Positions 1 to 9,800 are shown, counted from the first letter of the stretch. The stretch: 28,654 nt of DNA from a virus (IMGVR_UViG_3300025070_000167:1-28654), one strand, 5' to 3'. Program-made: numbers and translations. Notes: generated from the sequence alone by a model not told the origin.

Positions 1-446
1 CCTCCGATATCTTTACGGACGAATTTGATAGTGATACAGGTATTGCTACATCAGGTTCTATTCAAGCTTGGTTAGAAAATAACTTGGGCGAACTGAATAA
101 CTTAATCTATAAAGATTTTAGTGGCGCGAGCGCTGATCTAGACACTGAGGCTCAGTCTATCCATAAGGAGCTTTATTTACATAGTTATTATAGAAAGCAG
201 TCTAGGAATGCATTGAGGGGGATATCATCTTCAACCAGCGATAATAAGATACTGTCTTTAAAGGACGGAGAATCGTCTGTGACGTTCGTTAACCGTAATG
301 AAGTGTCTAAGGTCTATAGAGGGCTTGCGAACGATTCTAAGGGTAAACTAGACGATTTGGTGGCACGTTACAATATTTATGAAGCTAAGCCTCAACAGGT
401 GGGCGGAATTGATGGGGTGATTTTGACTGGCAGCGACAATACTTAA
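1..446 (+). CDS. 5'-truncated virion protein, possibly head-tail adaptor/connector
   Basis: The frame is open from position 3 (SDIFTDEFDSDTG...), so the TTG at 84 is probably not the real start. ILSLKDGESSVTF resembles the beta-hairpin of head-tail adaptors, and the gene lies next to tail genes. Confidence 0.4.
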   Translation, partial: SDIFTDEFDSDTGIATSGSIQAWLENNLGELNNLIYKDFSGASADLDTEAQSIHKELYLHSYYRKQSRNALRGISSSTSDNKILSLKDGESSVTFVNRNEVSKVYRGLANDSKGKLDDLVARYNIYEAKPQQVGGIDGVILTGSDNT

Positions 447-467
447 TATTAAATAAACGTTATACAT

Positions 468-499
468 AAAAAAAGGGCGGTGGAAACACCGCCCTTTTT
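468..499. terminator. Bidirectional rho-independent terminator
   Basis: A7-GGGCGGTG-GAAA-CACCGCCC-T5 is a perfect 8-bp stem with A/T tracts on both sides, between convergent genes ending at 446 (+) and 521 (-). Confidence 0.9.
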
Positions 500-520
500 G
501 TTTAAGGTTATTATAATGTA

Positions 521-1684
521 CTAGGCTGCGGGGAATATTGGGTCATTATTTTCCCCACTGACAAATACACCATTACCAGTATCATTAACTCCACCAATTT
601 GAGTGGAGAAGGTAAGGTCAACAGATTTGTTGGACCCAACGCTCAAGGAGAAGCTTTCGCTATCAAGCCTACATCCTTTTAATGTGTAGATCATCCTGTC
701 TGTTTGAGTACCACCAGAATCTGTAGACTTAAGCTTTAGAAGCAGATCATTAGCAGCTCCTGTCGCATCAAGAGTTTCTGATAAATTTCTAGCTACAACA
801 TCCGTACAGATAGCGTTGATAGAAAGGGTAGCATTAACTGGGAAGTCTACTGGTCTTGCATAAGCAAATCGAGTTCCAAGCCTCTGAAGAGGGCTTCTGC
901 TTAAAGGAATAGAAAGGGACGCACTTTGAATGTGAATCGAATCTTCGCTATCCTTACCAGTGATATTCGACATTGTTGATCCGCTAATTCCAGTGATGTC
1001 AATTTCAATGTCACCCGGACGAAGTGCGAAAATATCACTTTCTCCTTGTGAAAATTGAGGCAGGACAGCTGTACGGTCATCAGTACCATCTTTGATCATC
1101 TTACCGTCTGTAATATCTACAGCTGGGGTCAGGATTCCACTGTAACCCCCTGCTTCCCCACTAAGTACAGTATCGTGAGTTGAATTGATATTGGCGCATT
1201 CCATGGAGACGCTAACCGTTGGTATGCTTCCTACGGATAGGTCCAAGGTGTAATCGCTTAAAAATGCATTACCTAAACCGATGACACTTTTTAGATCCTG
1301 TCCAGAAGAGCCTTTAGCGTCAGCTCCTTCCCCTACCGTTGTAATGTAAAGATTTTTGCCCACTCCATAAGTCATATGCCCAGAGGCAAATTGGCCAGTG
1401 TCCCCAGCCCCGTCTCCAGTTTCAACGTGAAAGCCTAAAGCTCTTTCGTTAAAACCGTCAGTTAAATAATACGAGAAGTCTAAATTGACCGTTGGGGCAT
1501 CCATGACTATACTGTCAATACGAGCTGCCTGACCAAACTGGTTAATGTCCTGCCTATTAATTGTGAAACTGTAGTTTGCGCTTTGAATACGCTCAAGCTG
1601 CTCATGTTTATTGGAACCTGTGGATTCAATATCTTCACTTACGTAAAGTGCTTCCGATTGATAAATTACTCTGTTTCTTGCCAT
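521..1684 (-). CDS. Putative major tail tube protein, paralog A (387 aa)
   Basis: Beta-rich S/T/G/D-rich protein with two internally similar halves. It is closely similar to 1704..2816, lies downstream of neck-like genes and is followed by a strong terminator. Confidence 0.65.
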   Translation of the reverse strand: MARNRVIYQSEALYVSEDIESTGSNKHEQLERIQSANYSFTINRQDINQFGQAARIDSIVMDAPTVNLDFSYYLTDGFNERALGFHVETGDGAGDTGQFASGHMTYGVGKNLYITTVGEGADAKGSSGQDLKSVIGLGNAFLSDYTLDLSVGSIPTVSVSMECANINSTHDTVLSGEAGGYSGILTPAVDITDGKMIKDGTDDRTAVLPQFSQGESDIFALRPGDIEIDITGISGSTMSNITGKDSEDSIHIQSASLSIPLSRSPLQRLGTRFAYARPVDFPVNATLSINAICTDVVARNLSETLDATGAANDLLLKLKSTDSGGTQTDRMIYTLKGCRLDSESFSLSVGSNKSVDLTFSTQIGGVNDTGNGVFVSGENNDPIFPAA

Positions 1685-1703
1685 AATTAAATTTTGTTAA
1701 GGT

Positions 1704-2816
1704 TTAAGAGAATACTGCATCAGTGAAACTCCCGAGTGCGAAAACTCCGTTAGCAGTATCGTTCGTTCCACCAATTTGTGTAGAGAATGTAAGGTCAACA
1801 CTCTTATTTGAACCAATGCTAGAAGAGAAACTCTCACTATCAATTCTGCAACCTTTAAGGGTGTAGGTCATTTGAGGAGCGCCATCTTTATCATTTAAAG
1901 TCACGCTTACTTGATAACCTGCATTATCATTGAGGATAGTTGCGAGGTTTTGCTGAGTAACGTCATTACAAATTGCATTAACACTAAGAGTTGCATTGAC
2001 TGGGAAGTCAACAGTTCTAGCGTAATTGAATCGGGTTCCAAGGCGCTGAAGAGGAGTCCTGCTTAATGGAATAGATAAGGATGCACTTTGAATGTGGATT
2101 GCGTCCTCACTATTTGGACCATCGAGATCCGAAAGAGCGACTCCATCTAGAGCCACAATATTAACTGAAATATCACCCGGGCGAAGAGCTGTTAATGTAG
2201 ATTCTCCTGTAGTAGGAGCGGCTAAACTAGCATTAGTGCTAGAGTAGGGCGTTCCATCTGTGATATCTACAGAAGGTAAAGAAATGTTAGTGATTTGAGT
2301 GTTGTCTCCACCTAAAACTGTATCAGAGTTGATGTTGGAACATTCCATAGATACAGAGACTGTAGGCAGAGAACCGACAGCTAGATCAACTGTGTAGTCG
2401 GATAAGTAAGCATTTCCTAAACCAATAACTGATTTACGATCAGCTGCAACAGCGTTTGAATCAACAGCGTCTTTTCCTTCGTCAGCGGTGACGATGTAGA
2501 AGTTTTTCCCTGAAGTGTAAGTCATGTGACCTTCAGCAAACTGATTGCTGTTACCCACATCGAACCCTAAAGCTTTTTCGTTCCCCCCATTTGTAAGGTA
2601 GTAAGAAAAATCCAAACCTACAGTTGGAGCATCCATGACAAGACTATCAATACGAGCAGCTTGCCCATATTGGTTAATATCTTGCCTGTTGATTGTGAAG
2701 TTATAATTAGCGCTTTGAACACGCTCTAACTGGAAATGCTCCCCAGTAGCTGACGATTGAATACCTGAACTGGTGTAAAGGGCTTCCGATTGATAAATTA
2801 CTCTATTTCTGGCCAT
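1704..2816 (-). CDS. Putative major tail tube protein, paralog B (370 aa)
   Basis: Shares the N-terminus MARNRVIYQSEALY and the C-terminal GSNKSVDLTFSTQIGG with paralog A. Confidence 0.65.
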   Translation of the reverse strand: MARNRVIYQSEALYTSSGIQSSATGEHFQLERVQSANYNFTINRQDINQYGQAARIDSLVMDAPTVGLDFSYYLTNGGNEKALGFDVGNSNQFAEGHMTYTSGKNFYIVTADEGKDAVDSNAVAADRKSVIGLGNAYLSDYTVDLAVGSLPTVSVSMECSNINSDTVLGGDNTQITNISLPSVDITDGTPYSSTNASLAAPTTGESTLTALRPGDISVNIVALDGVALSDLDGPNSEDAIHIQSASLSIPLSRTPLQRLGTRFNYARTVDFPVNATLSVNAICNDVTQQNLATILNDNAGYQVSVTLNDKDGAPQMTYTLKGCRIDSESFSSSIGSNKSVDLTFSTQIGGTNDTANGVFALGSFTDAVFS

Positions 2817-2863
2817 AATAAGTTATTTTTTAGTGTTTACAATATTTTTAATGTTTTATGAAA

Positions 2864-3694
2864 TTAAGAAAATCTGAACCTGTGTATCTTTAAGTCAAAA
2901 TCGATAAATCCGACATAAAGATCATTAGCTAAAGACTTCCTCGCTTTGTCTGTTAGTTTTGAAGTAGTTACATTATCTACTAGAAAAGGGTTTTTGCTAT
3001 TATAAGCGTTAGATAGCGTATTGTAGGAATATGTACCATCTTTTAGATCTCCATATTCGTTCATGGGATGCCCACTCATGGGTATTGGGGAGAACACCTC
3101 ATTATGAGAATCTCCAAAAATTGATAAGACTCCATCTAATTTGTATGGATCATCTGAGAGGACTACAGCGTTAGCTCTGACTGTGGTAGCTTCTTCGCCA
3201 CCAAAAGCGAACCCCTGATTCTGCATTGTAGCTGTAGATAAGAATACCGCTGGCACAACTTGGTCATATGGAGCTATTCCAGACTCATTATATGTTGGTA
3301 TTCTAGAATTAACTTCGTATTTGTTTTCTACGACTAGATCATCTTCTGTTTCATTTGTGAAGTAGATGTTAAAGTCTTTAACCGCGAAAGTCCCTGTGAT
3401 CGTAGAGCTTGATGTGTAGTTAGATCCTGTTTCTACAATGCGCCCATTATTGTAGTCGATATAGTGAGAGCCACCTGCGATTGCCGTAGGTAAAACCGCT
3501 CCAGCAATAGACGAATCCGTCACGAATTGTTTGTAGGGGCTAGAAAATGGGACATAAGAATCATCTAAAAAATCATCTGGTGTGTGATAGAAAGTTCCTG
3601 TTTGATTTGAAAATGCCTCGCCTTTTTCCAACAAAAAGTGATCAAACCAGAGCATAAACGAATTAGTTAGCGTATGTACAAATTGTTCTTTCAT
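2864..3694 (-). CDS. Virion structural protein, possibly tail terminator/completion protein
   Basis: 276-aa ORF directly upstream of the tube genes. The PAVFLS... segment and C-terminal GFIDFDL strand pattern fit tail terminators. The call is mostly positional. Confidence 0.35.
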   Translation of the reverse strand: MKEQFVHTLTNSFMLWFDHFLLEKGEAFSNQTGTFYHTPDDFLDDSYVPFSSPYKQFVTDSSIAGAVLPTAIAGGSHYIDYNNGRIVETGSNYTSSSTITGTFAVKDFNIYFTNETEDDLVVENKYEVNSRIPTYNESGIAPYDQVVPAVFLSTATMQNQGFAFGGEEATTVRANAVVLSDDPYKLDGVLSIFGDSHNEVFSPIPMSGHPMNEYGDLKDGTYSYNTLSNAYNSKNPFLVDNVTTSKLTDKARKSLANDLYVGFIDFDLKIHRFRFS

Positions 3695-4263
3695 TTGATG
3701 TTGTTAAATTGTTTTTTATATTTATTAATTAAAGCGGAAATGTATTGAGTATTTTGAAATCCCCCAGATCTTACTCTGGTTTTTGATTGTACAGCTTTAC
3801 CTGATCGACCATCATCTTTTCGGAGTAAGTAGCCGAGTCCCGATATACCCGTCTCTATTCCTTGCGCCCAACTCCTTCCTGAAGCCCACGGCAATGGGGT
3901 CGCTTTGAAAATGTCTGAGGCTTCAGGGATAGTAACATTATATGTTACACCAATTTTAGCTTCTCCTGCATAATTATAATTCATGTTTTCCAGCATTTGG
4001 AGTATAGGCTGTATTGGTTGATCCGAAGCATCGAAGCCGATAAAAGCAAAAAGATTAGAGATCCCACCTAAAGTGCCGCTAGTATTACTGCTGCTTGGTC
4101 CAGCTATTAGTTCAATGGTTACTGGATGACTAAGGAATTCCTTAATCATCCCAGATTTAACTTCAAGAAACTTTTTCTTAAACTCTTTTTCAAATGGCCT
4201 TTTTAAAGCTTTTGGGGCTTGTTTTTGTATAGCCATTTGGACATCTTTAGGTAAGGTAGCCAT
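3691..4263 (-). CDS. Hypothetical protein, possibly neck/tail-completion protein
   Basis: Basic 190-aa ORF, translationally coupled (overlapping start/stop) to both neighbours. The call is positional. Confidence 0.35.
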   Translation of the reverse strand: MATLPKDVQMAIQKQAPKALKRPFEKEFKKKFLEVKSGMIKEFLSHPVTIELIAGPSSSNTSGTLGGISNLFAFIGFDASDQPIQPILQMLENMNYNYAGEAKIGVTYNVTIPEASDIFKATPLPWASGRSWAQGIETGISGLGYLLRKDDGRSGKAVQSKTRVRSGGFQNTQYISALINKYKKQFNNIK

Positions 4264-4727
4264 TATTCGTCAGTTGGAGTGAGTAAAAAAGTATAAAATT
4301 TATTTGTGGTTAATCCACGGGGGGAGCCATCACTTTTGATTGCGAATCTAATTCCGTCTAACTCAACCCTCCTAGCTTCCTGCAAAAACTCATAAGCATC
4401 ACTTTTTACCACAATTTTTACAGAACCATCTGGTAGAATGATTTTGTTTTGAGTACCTCGTTGATTTTCATTATTCGATAAATACTCTTCATCCATATTG
4501 ACATAATAAACTCTAGCCTCAAAAGCTTGAGACTCTGTAGTGTATTCTACATTTGATTTAGAGCCTGTATTAGTCCTACCATAAATGCTGTTATATTTAG
4601 CATTTGTAGAGATCACAGTTCTTTTCGAATTCTTAAAGACGGTGATAGTCCGTGCGAAAGTCTCATGCAATGTATCATACGTCGCATTAATCGCAGACTC
4701 CATATTAGAAGATAAAAAACCAGCCAT
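4263..4727 (-). CDS. Putative head-closure/head-tail joining protein (154 aa)
   Basis: Start reassigned to the ATG at 4727 (MAGFLSSN), which avoids overlap with the divergent gene at 4771. RVELDGIRFAI resembles head-closure beta-barrels. Confidence 0.4.
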   Translation of the reverse strand: MAGFLSSNMESAINATYDTLHETFARTITVFKNSKRTVISTNAKYNSIYGRTNTGSKSNVEYTTESQAFEARVYYVNMDEEYLSNNENQRGTQNKIILPDGSVKIVVKSDAYEFLQEARRVELDGIRFAIKSDGSPRGLTTNKFYTFLLTPTDE

Positions 4728-4747
4728 GTAGATAATTACACATTTTT

Positions 4748-4756
4748 TGTTATAAT
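4748..4756 (+). promoter_or_regulatory. Extended -10 element (TG-T-TATAAT)
   Basis: TGTTATAAT lies 14 nt upstream of ATG 4771 in the divergent intergenic gap. Confidence 0.55.
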
Positions 4757-4770
4757 AACTAGGATAAAGG

Positions 4771-5058
4771 ATGAATGCCAAAAATAATTTAAATAAAAAG
4801 TCTGGAGATGAAGTATCTTCATTGTTCAAGATGATGTTAATTATGGTGGAAGATATGAAGAAAGATCATGATTTTCACTATCAGAAGCTATATGAAGCTA
4901 TTCCAGAAAAGTATCACCCAGTAATCAAAGCGGCTGATCATTTTACCCCAGATAAAGTGTCGTGGATTAGGAAGAGAATTTTGGACTTTGGCAATGAAAG
5001 TTTGCGTAATGTGCAAAATGAAATAGAAAATTACAAAGTTGAATTTATATTTAAGTAG
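4771..5058 (+). CDS. Hypothetical protein (95 aa)
   Basis: ORF with an AGGA/AAGG SD-like sequence and an upstream -10 element. It is the first gene of the rightward tail block. Confidence 0.7.
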   Translation: MNAKNNLNKKSGDEVSSLFKMMLIMVEDMKKDHDFHYQKLYEAIPEKYHPVIKAADHFTPDKVSWIRKRILDFGNESLRNVQNEIENYKVEFIFK

Positions 5059-5062
5059 GAAT

Positions 5063-5818
5063 ATGGAATTAAAATTACTATATCAGTTCACCGTCGATGA
5101 AGTTAAAGAGGTAGAAAAAGAATCCTCAAGGAAAAACAAAAAGACTGGCGAAGTTACGATTACTAAGAAAAAGGTAAAGGAAAAAGTACCTCTTGAAGTA
5201 AAAATCAAGAAACCTTCTCGTCGCGAGTTGGAAGATGCTGAGCTTCAATACACCATCGAAATGAGTAAGTGTATTAAGCAGGGTATCCTCACGAAAGCAA
5301 TGCTTGCAAAAAAATATAGCGATACTGGGGGGACTTTTACTGAAGCGGGGCAAAAAGAGTATGGCAAGCTATATAAGCAGATTTTAGAGTTTCAGAATGA
5401 ATATATCAAACTTGACTCAGCCACCAAACTTGACGCAAAGCAGAAAAAAAGGCTTGAATTCGTAAAAGAAGAGATCGCCAAAGTCAAAAGAGAGTTGGTT
5501 GAAGTAGAGTCAAATCTACAAGGTTTATTTGAACATACTGCTGATGTTAAAGCTCAAAACAAACTCTTACTGTGGTATGCTCTTCATTTAACTTACATTC
5601 AAAGAGAGGAAGATGAGGAGCCTATCCAGTATTTCAAGGGTCTCGATTATGACGAGAAAATTGAAGATTACTACGATAAGGAGGAAGAAAATTCCGATGT
5701 TTATCAGCAGGTTATCAAACAAGTTTCCACTACACTAGCTTTTTGGTTCTACAATCAAGCTTCTACGCAAAAAGAGTTTGAGGAAATTATGGACAAGGTA
5801 GAAAAGGGTGAGTTATAG
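5063..5818 (+). CDS. Putative tail assembly chaperone 1 (251 aa)
   Basis: ATG 5063 is preferred over TTG 5039. Charged helical protein two genes upstream of the TMP and similar to the next ORF. Confidence 0.45.
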   Translation: MELKLLYQFTVDEVKEVEKESSRKNKKTGEVTITKKKVKEKVPLEVKIKKPSRRELEDAELQYTIEMSKCIKQGILTKAMLAKKYSDTGGTFTEAGQKEYGKLYKQILEFQNEYIKLDSATKLDAKQKKRLEFVKEEIAKVKRELVEVESNLQGLFEHTADVKAQNKLLLWYALHLTYIQREEDEEPIQYFKGLDYDEKIEDYYDKEEENSDVYQQVIKQVSTTLAFWFYNQASTQKEFEEIMDKVEKGEL

Positions 5819-6797
5819 TGACGAATTTTATACCTCTCTTATAGGGGAGATATTTGACGGATATAGCGTCTCGGCCTTTGAAGGTCGAGACGTATTCGTT
5901 AAACACATAAACCTAAGAGATCAGAAGTATATAAATTCTTATTACGAAAAGTATAAGAATATTGCTTTATCTAAAGGTATTGAGTCTCAAGAAGAGCGGG
6001 AGGCTTACATTAAAAAAGAGGGCTTGTGGGAGGAGTCTGATGATATGAAGATACTGTCTCTCACGGAAGAAATTAAAAATCTTAAAAAGACAAAAGAATC
6101 TGTATTCTTACCTTCCCAACAAGATTCTTTTCAAAAGACTATCGAAGAAAAGTCTGTTGAGCTGCACGATTTAAACAAAAATAAAAATGAGGTAGTTGGT
6201 TTGACCGCAGAAGCTTACGGCTCCAAAAGATCTAATGACGAAATGCTTAGGTTTTGTATCTTCAAAAATCCTGATCTTACTGAGAACTTACATACTGAAG
6301 ATGAATTTGCGGAACTTGAAGTTCGTGAAGTTATCTTATTAAATACTATCATGATAGATAATTCTAATAGAATGTCTGAAGATAATATTAAACATGCTGT
6401 TTTGAGGCCATTCTTTAGCATGTACATTTCAAACTGTGAAAATCCTAGCGATTTTTATGGAAAGCCTATAGTTGATCTTTCTGCTTATCAAATGAAGACT
6501 GCTATGTATGGTAAGGTATTTCATAGCATATTTCAATACACCGAAGATATTCCAGATAATATTAGGCAAGACCCAGATAAATTACTAGCTTACTCAGAGA
6601 GTCAGAGAAATAAAGTCTCTAATAAAGGAGGTGTAAGAGACGATGCGGATGCTTCAGCCGTATTCGGGGCAACTAATGACGACATGAAAACTGTAGCTAA
6701 AGATGCCAAGACTGTTTCTTTATCAGAAGCAGCGAAAGAAGCTGGCGGCAAGTTAGACATGAAACAAATGATGAGATTAGCAGGTCATGATGTGTAA
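5808..6797 (+). CDS. Putative tail assembly chaperone 2 (329 aa)
   Basis: GTG start overlaps the previous gene. It is immediately upstream of the TMP and shares motifs with 5063..5818. Confidence 0.45.
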   Translation: MSYSDEFYTSLIGEIFDGYSVSAFEGRDVFVKHINLRDQKYINSYYEKYKNIALSKGIESQEEREAYIKKEGLWEESDDMKILSLTEEIKNLKKTKESVFLPSQQDSFQKTIEEKSVELHDLNKNKNEVVGLTAEAYGSKRSNDEMLRFCIFKNPDLTENLHTEDEFAELEVREVILLNTIMIDNSNRMSEDNIKHAVLRPFFSMYISNCENPSDFYGKPIVDLSAYQMKTAMYGKVFHSIFQYTEDIPDNIRQDPDKLLAYSESQRNKVSNKGGVRDDADASAVFGATNDDMKTVAKDAKTVSLSEAAKEAGGKLDMKQMMRLAGHDV

Positions 6798-6831
6798 TAT
6801 TAGTGTATATACACACTAAAGGAACAAGATT

Positions 6832-9800
6832 ATGCCCATCAAATTACCAACCGTACAAACGGGTTTCGAACAAAGTATTGATAAAGCAGCTAAGAAAGCT
6901 GGTAAGAATCTTAAAATCAATATGGGGCCGGGGGCCAAGAGTATTGAGGGTTTAACAAGACCTTTGGGGCGGTTAACTGGTAAGGCTGATGAGTTCACAA
7001 AATCTATGGAGGCGGCTAACGCCCGTGTTTTAGCCTTCGGCGCATCTGTTGGTGTTATTGCTGCTGTCTCAAATGCTTTAAAGGAGTTGGTTACGACGAC
7101 TATTCAGGTTGAGAAGAGCTTAGCTAATATCAACTCGATTCTAAAGCAGTCAGATTCGCAGCTTGACGGTTTTAAAAAGCAAATTTTTGATATTGCTAGA
7201 AATACAGGTCAAACTTTTGATGTTGTAGCTGAAGCGGCTTTAGAACTGTCTCGTCAAGGTCTTAAAGCTGAAGAAGTTACTAAAAGGCTTAATGATGCTC
7301 TTGTTCTTTCTCGTCTTTCTGGTTTGAGTGCTTCTGATGCTGTGGCAGGTTTGACAGCAGCAGTTAACTCATTTTCCTCTGCTGGTCTTACAACCACTGA
7401 CGTACTTAATAAAATTTCTGCTGCTGCCGCAAGTGCCGCAGTTTCTGATAGAGATCTGATTGAAGGTCTGAAACGTTCTGGAGCTGTTGCAGTCGCTTCT
7501 GGTGTACAGTTTGATGAATTGATTGGTATTATTTCCGCGCTTCAAGAAAAAACTGCGCGTGGTGGATCTGTCATTGGTAACTCTCTTAAAACAATTTTCA
7601 CTAGAATTCAAGATATTGAAAAACTACAGACACTGCAAGATCTAGGTGTGCAGGTCACAGATCTAGAAGGTAAAGTGTTGTCTTCTAGTAAAGTTATTGA
7701 GAACTTAGCTCCAGTATTTGCTAAGATGAGTCAAGCGTCGAAAGTTAACTTAGCTGACAACCTTGTTGGTAAATTTCAGATCGCACCTTTTCTTGCTCTA
7801 CTTGAGGACTTTAACCAGAAAATTTCTAGGAGTGGAGAAGTGGCTACAACCTCTTTTAACGCCACTAATGAAGCTTATGAACGTAATACAGTTTTAAATA
7901 ATACTTTAGCTACCGCTATAAACACAGCTACTGTTAATCTTAAGGAATTAGCTAACGCTTTGGGAGAGATAGGCGTAACTGAAAACTTATCAAAGATAAT
8001 TGGTGTATTTAATGATGTAGTATCTAAGATTTCAGGCGTTTTAGATGGCGATGGAATGGGGTCCGATTTCGCCAAAGGGTTGATAAAAGGGATTAGCGCT
8101 GTGATTGCTGGACCCGGGTTAGCTTTAGCTTTGGTCGCTATTGGTAAATTACTTTTGGATTTTGCTAAGTTTGGTGCTGGAGCTTTAAAAACTTTCTTTG
8201 GTTTGAATAGAGCTGCTGAAGCTCAGAAAAATTTACAAGGTCAGATAGCGGCATCACTCCTGAACGATAAAGGTATCAGGGATGCCATCTTGTCGATTGA
8301 AAAGCAAAATATATCTGCGGGTGAGAAGAAAAAACTTCAAACCCAATTCTTCACTAAGGCTTTAAATGAACAGTTGATGGTCATGCAAAAAATGCAAGGC
8401 ATCGCTAGTACTATCGCTCCCGGGGTTATGGCGGGAACGGCCTCAAAGCGTGGTGGAAGAGCTGCTGGAGGATTCTTACCTATTGGCGCAGAAAGATCTG
8501 ACATCTCTAAAGGTGTAGGTGGCGCACCCGCTTCTGCGAAACCCGTTATTATTCCTAACTTTGCATTTGGTGGTGGTAAGCGAGGAACAATGGTTGCTAA
8601 TGATAGTGAATATATTGTTCCTAATTATGCTAATGGTGGAGACGCTATCTTTAATCAGAACATGGCTTCTTCAATGGGTCTCCCTTCTAATGCTAGGAAG
8701 GTGAGAGCTGCTGGGGGTTATATACCAAACTTCGCTACCTCAAAAGGTGGAACAAAAATGGTAAATTCTAGAAGTACTTATGTTATGCTACACGGCGAAC
8801 ATGGGAAAACAGATCCTCAAAAGATAGCGTATTATCATCCAGAGAGTAACAAATATAATGTAACCGATGCTGAAGGAGCTATACCCATAAAAGTCCCAAT
8901 TTACGGCCTCAGTGATAACCATAAAGGTAGTAACGTCAATGATTATATAAAAAATTTAGAGGACCATGCAGCTAAAGAAGCTATAAAATCCGCTTTTGAA
9001 TTGGGTGGAGGCCAAATGCCAAATCCAGCACCTAGAGAAGCAGCAATTAAAAAACAAGTGAATAGTGGTGCTGTAGCTGGATTTGCAGGTAGTATATATG
9101 AGTTAGCTTTAGCGGCTCTACTTACAGATGAAGAATTTACGAAACACGCAGACCAGACTGCGACTTCCAACTTCGATTTAAACTTGCAGGGTCAAACTGG
9201 ATTATTAGATTTATATAATATTTCTACCAAACCAAAATTTGGTGAGGTTAAGGGTAGGATGAATTCTGACAATGTAGCATCTGCCGCAGCTAAGATAGGT
9301 AGGGTCAACGGCCTAGGTGGTAAGCCAAAACAGGCTGCTCAACAAGGGAGGCTTTTAGGGAAAAGATTACCTGTGGCAACAGCTAGGGAGTTTGGCATAA
9401 CGCCTTCTAACAAGTCTTTTCATACTATAAGTGCAAGTGATTTAGATAAAATAAATGCTAATACACCAAACGGACAGAAGGCTAGTTTTAGTGGTGGGAA
9501 AAACCCTATGTTTCAAGGTTTCGTCAGGGGCGCTTCTGGTTACATACCTAACTTTGCAGACCCTCTGCAAGACGCTATCGGTAGAGAGCGGTCTGCTGGT
9601 TTACCTGTTAGCCAAATTAGAATCAATCAAAGCGGCAAACTTCGAAATGCTCAAAACCCAATGGGCCTTGCGGTGACTAACACCCGCGATGAGCCTACTG
9701 GAGCCATCCCTAACTTTGCGGGGGGAGAGACGGGCGAAGTTAGCTTAAGTCTTAAAGATGTTGGATCTTCAGCAAAAGGTCTTAAGTCCGAGCTTGATAA

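Noticed and set aside
521-2816. Diversity-generating retroelement or invertible cassette explaining the similar tube genes
   Set aside because: No reverse transcriptase or recombinase of that type is in the window. The differences are ordinary synonymous changes and indels, not adenine-specific.
4728-4829. N-terminal extensions given by the ORF track (4829, and TTG starts at 5039, 14401, 22101)
   Set aside because: They overlap neighbouring genes or promoter motifs, and downstream ATGs at 4727, 5063, 14407 and 22143 fit better.
5780-5818. Programmed -1 frameshift between the two pre-TMP genes
   Set aside because: The downstream ORF is in the +1 frame, is closed by TAG at 5799-5801 and has its own GTG start. 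There is no convincing slippery heptamer leading into it.
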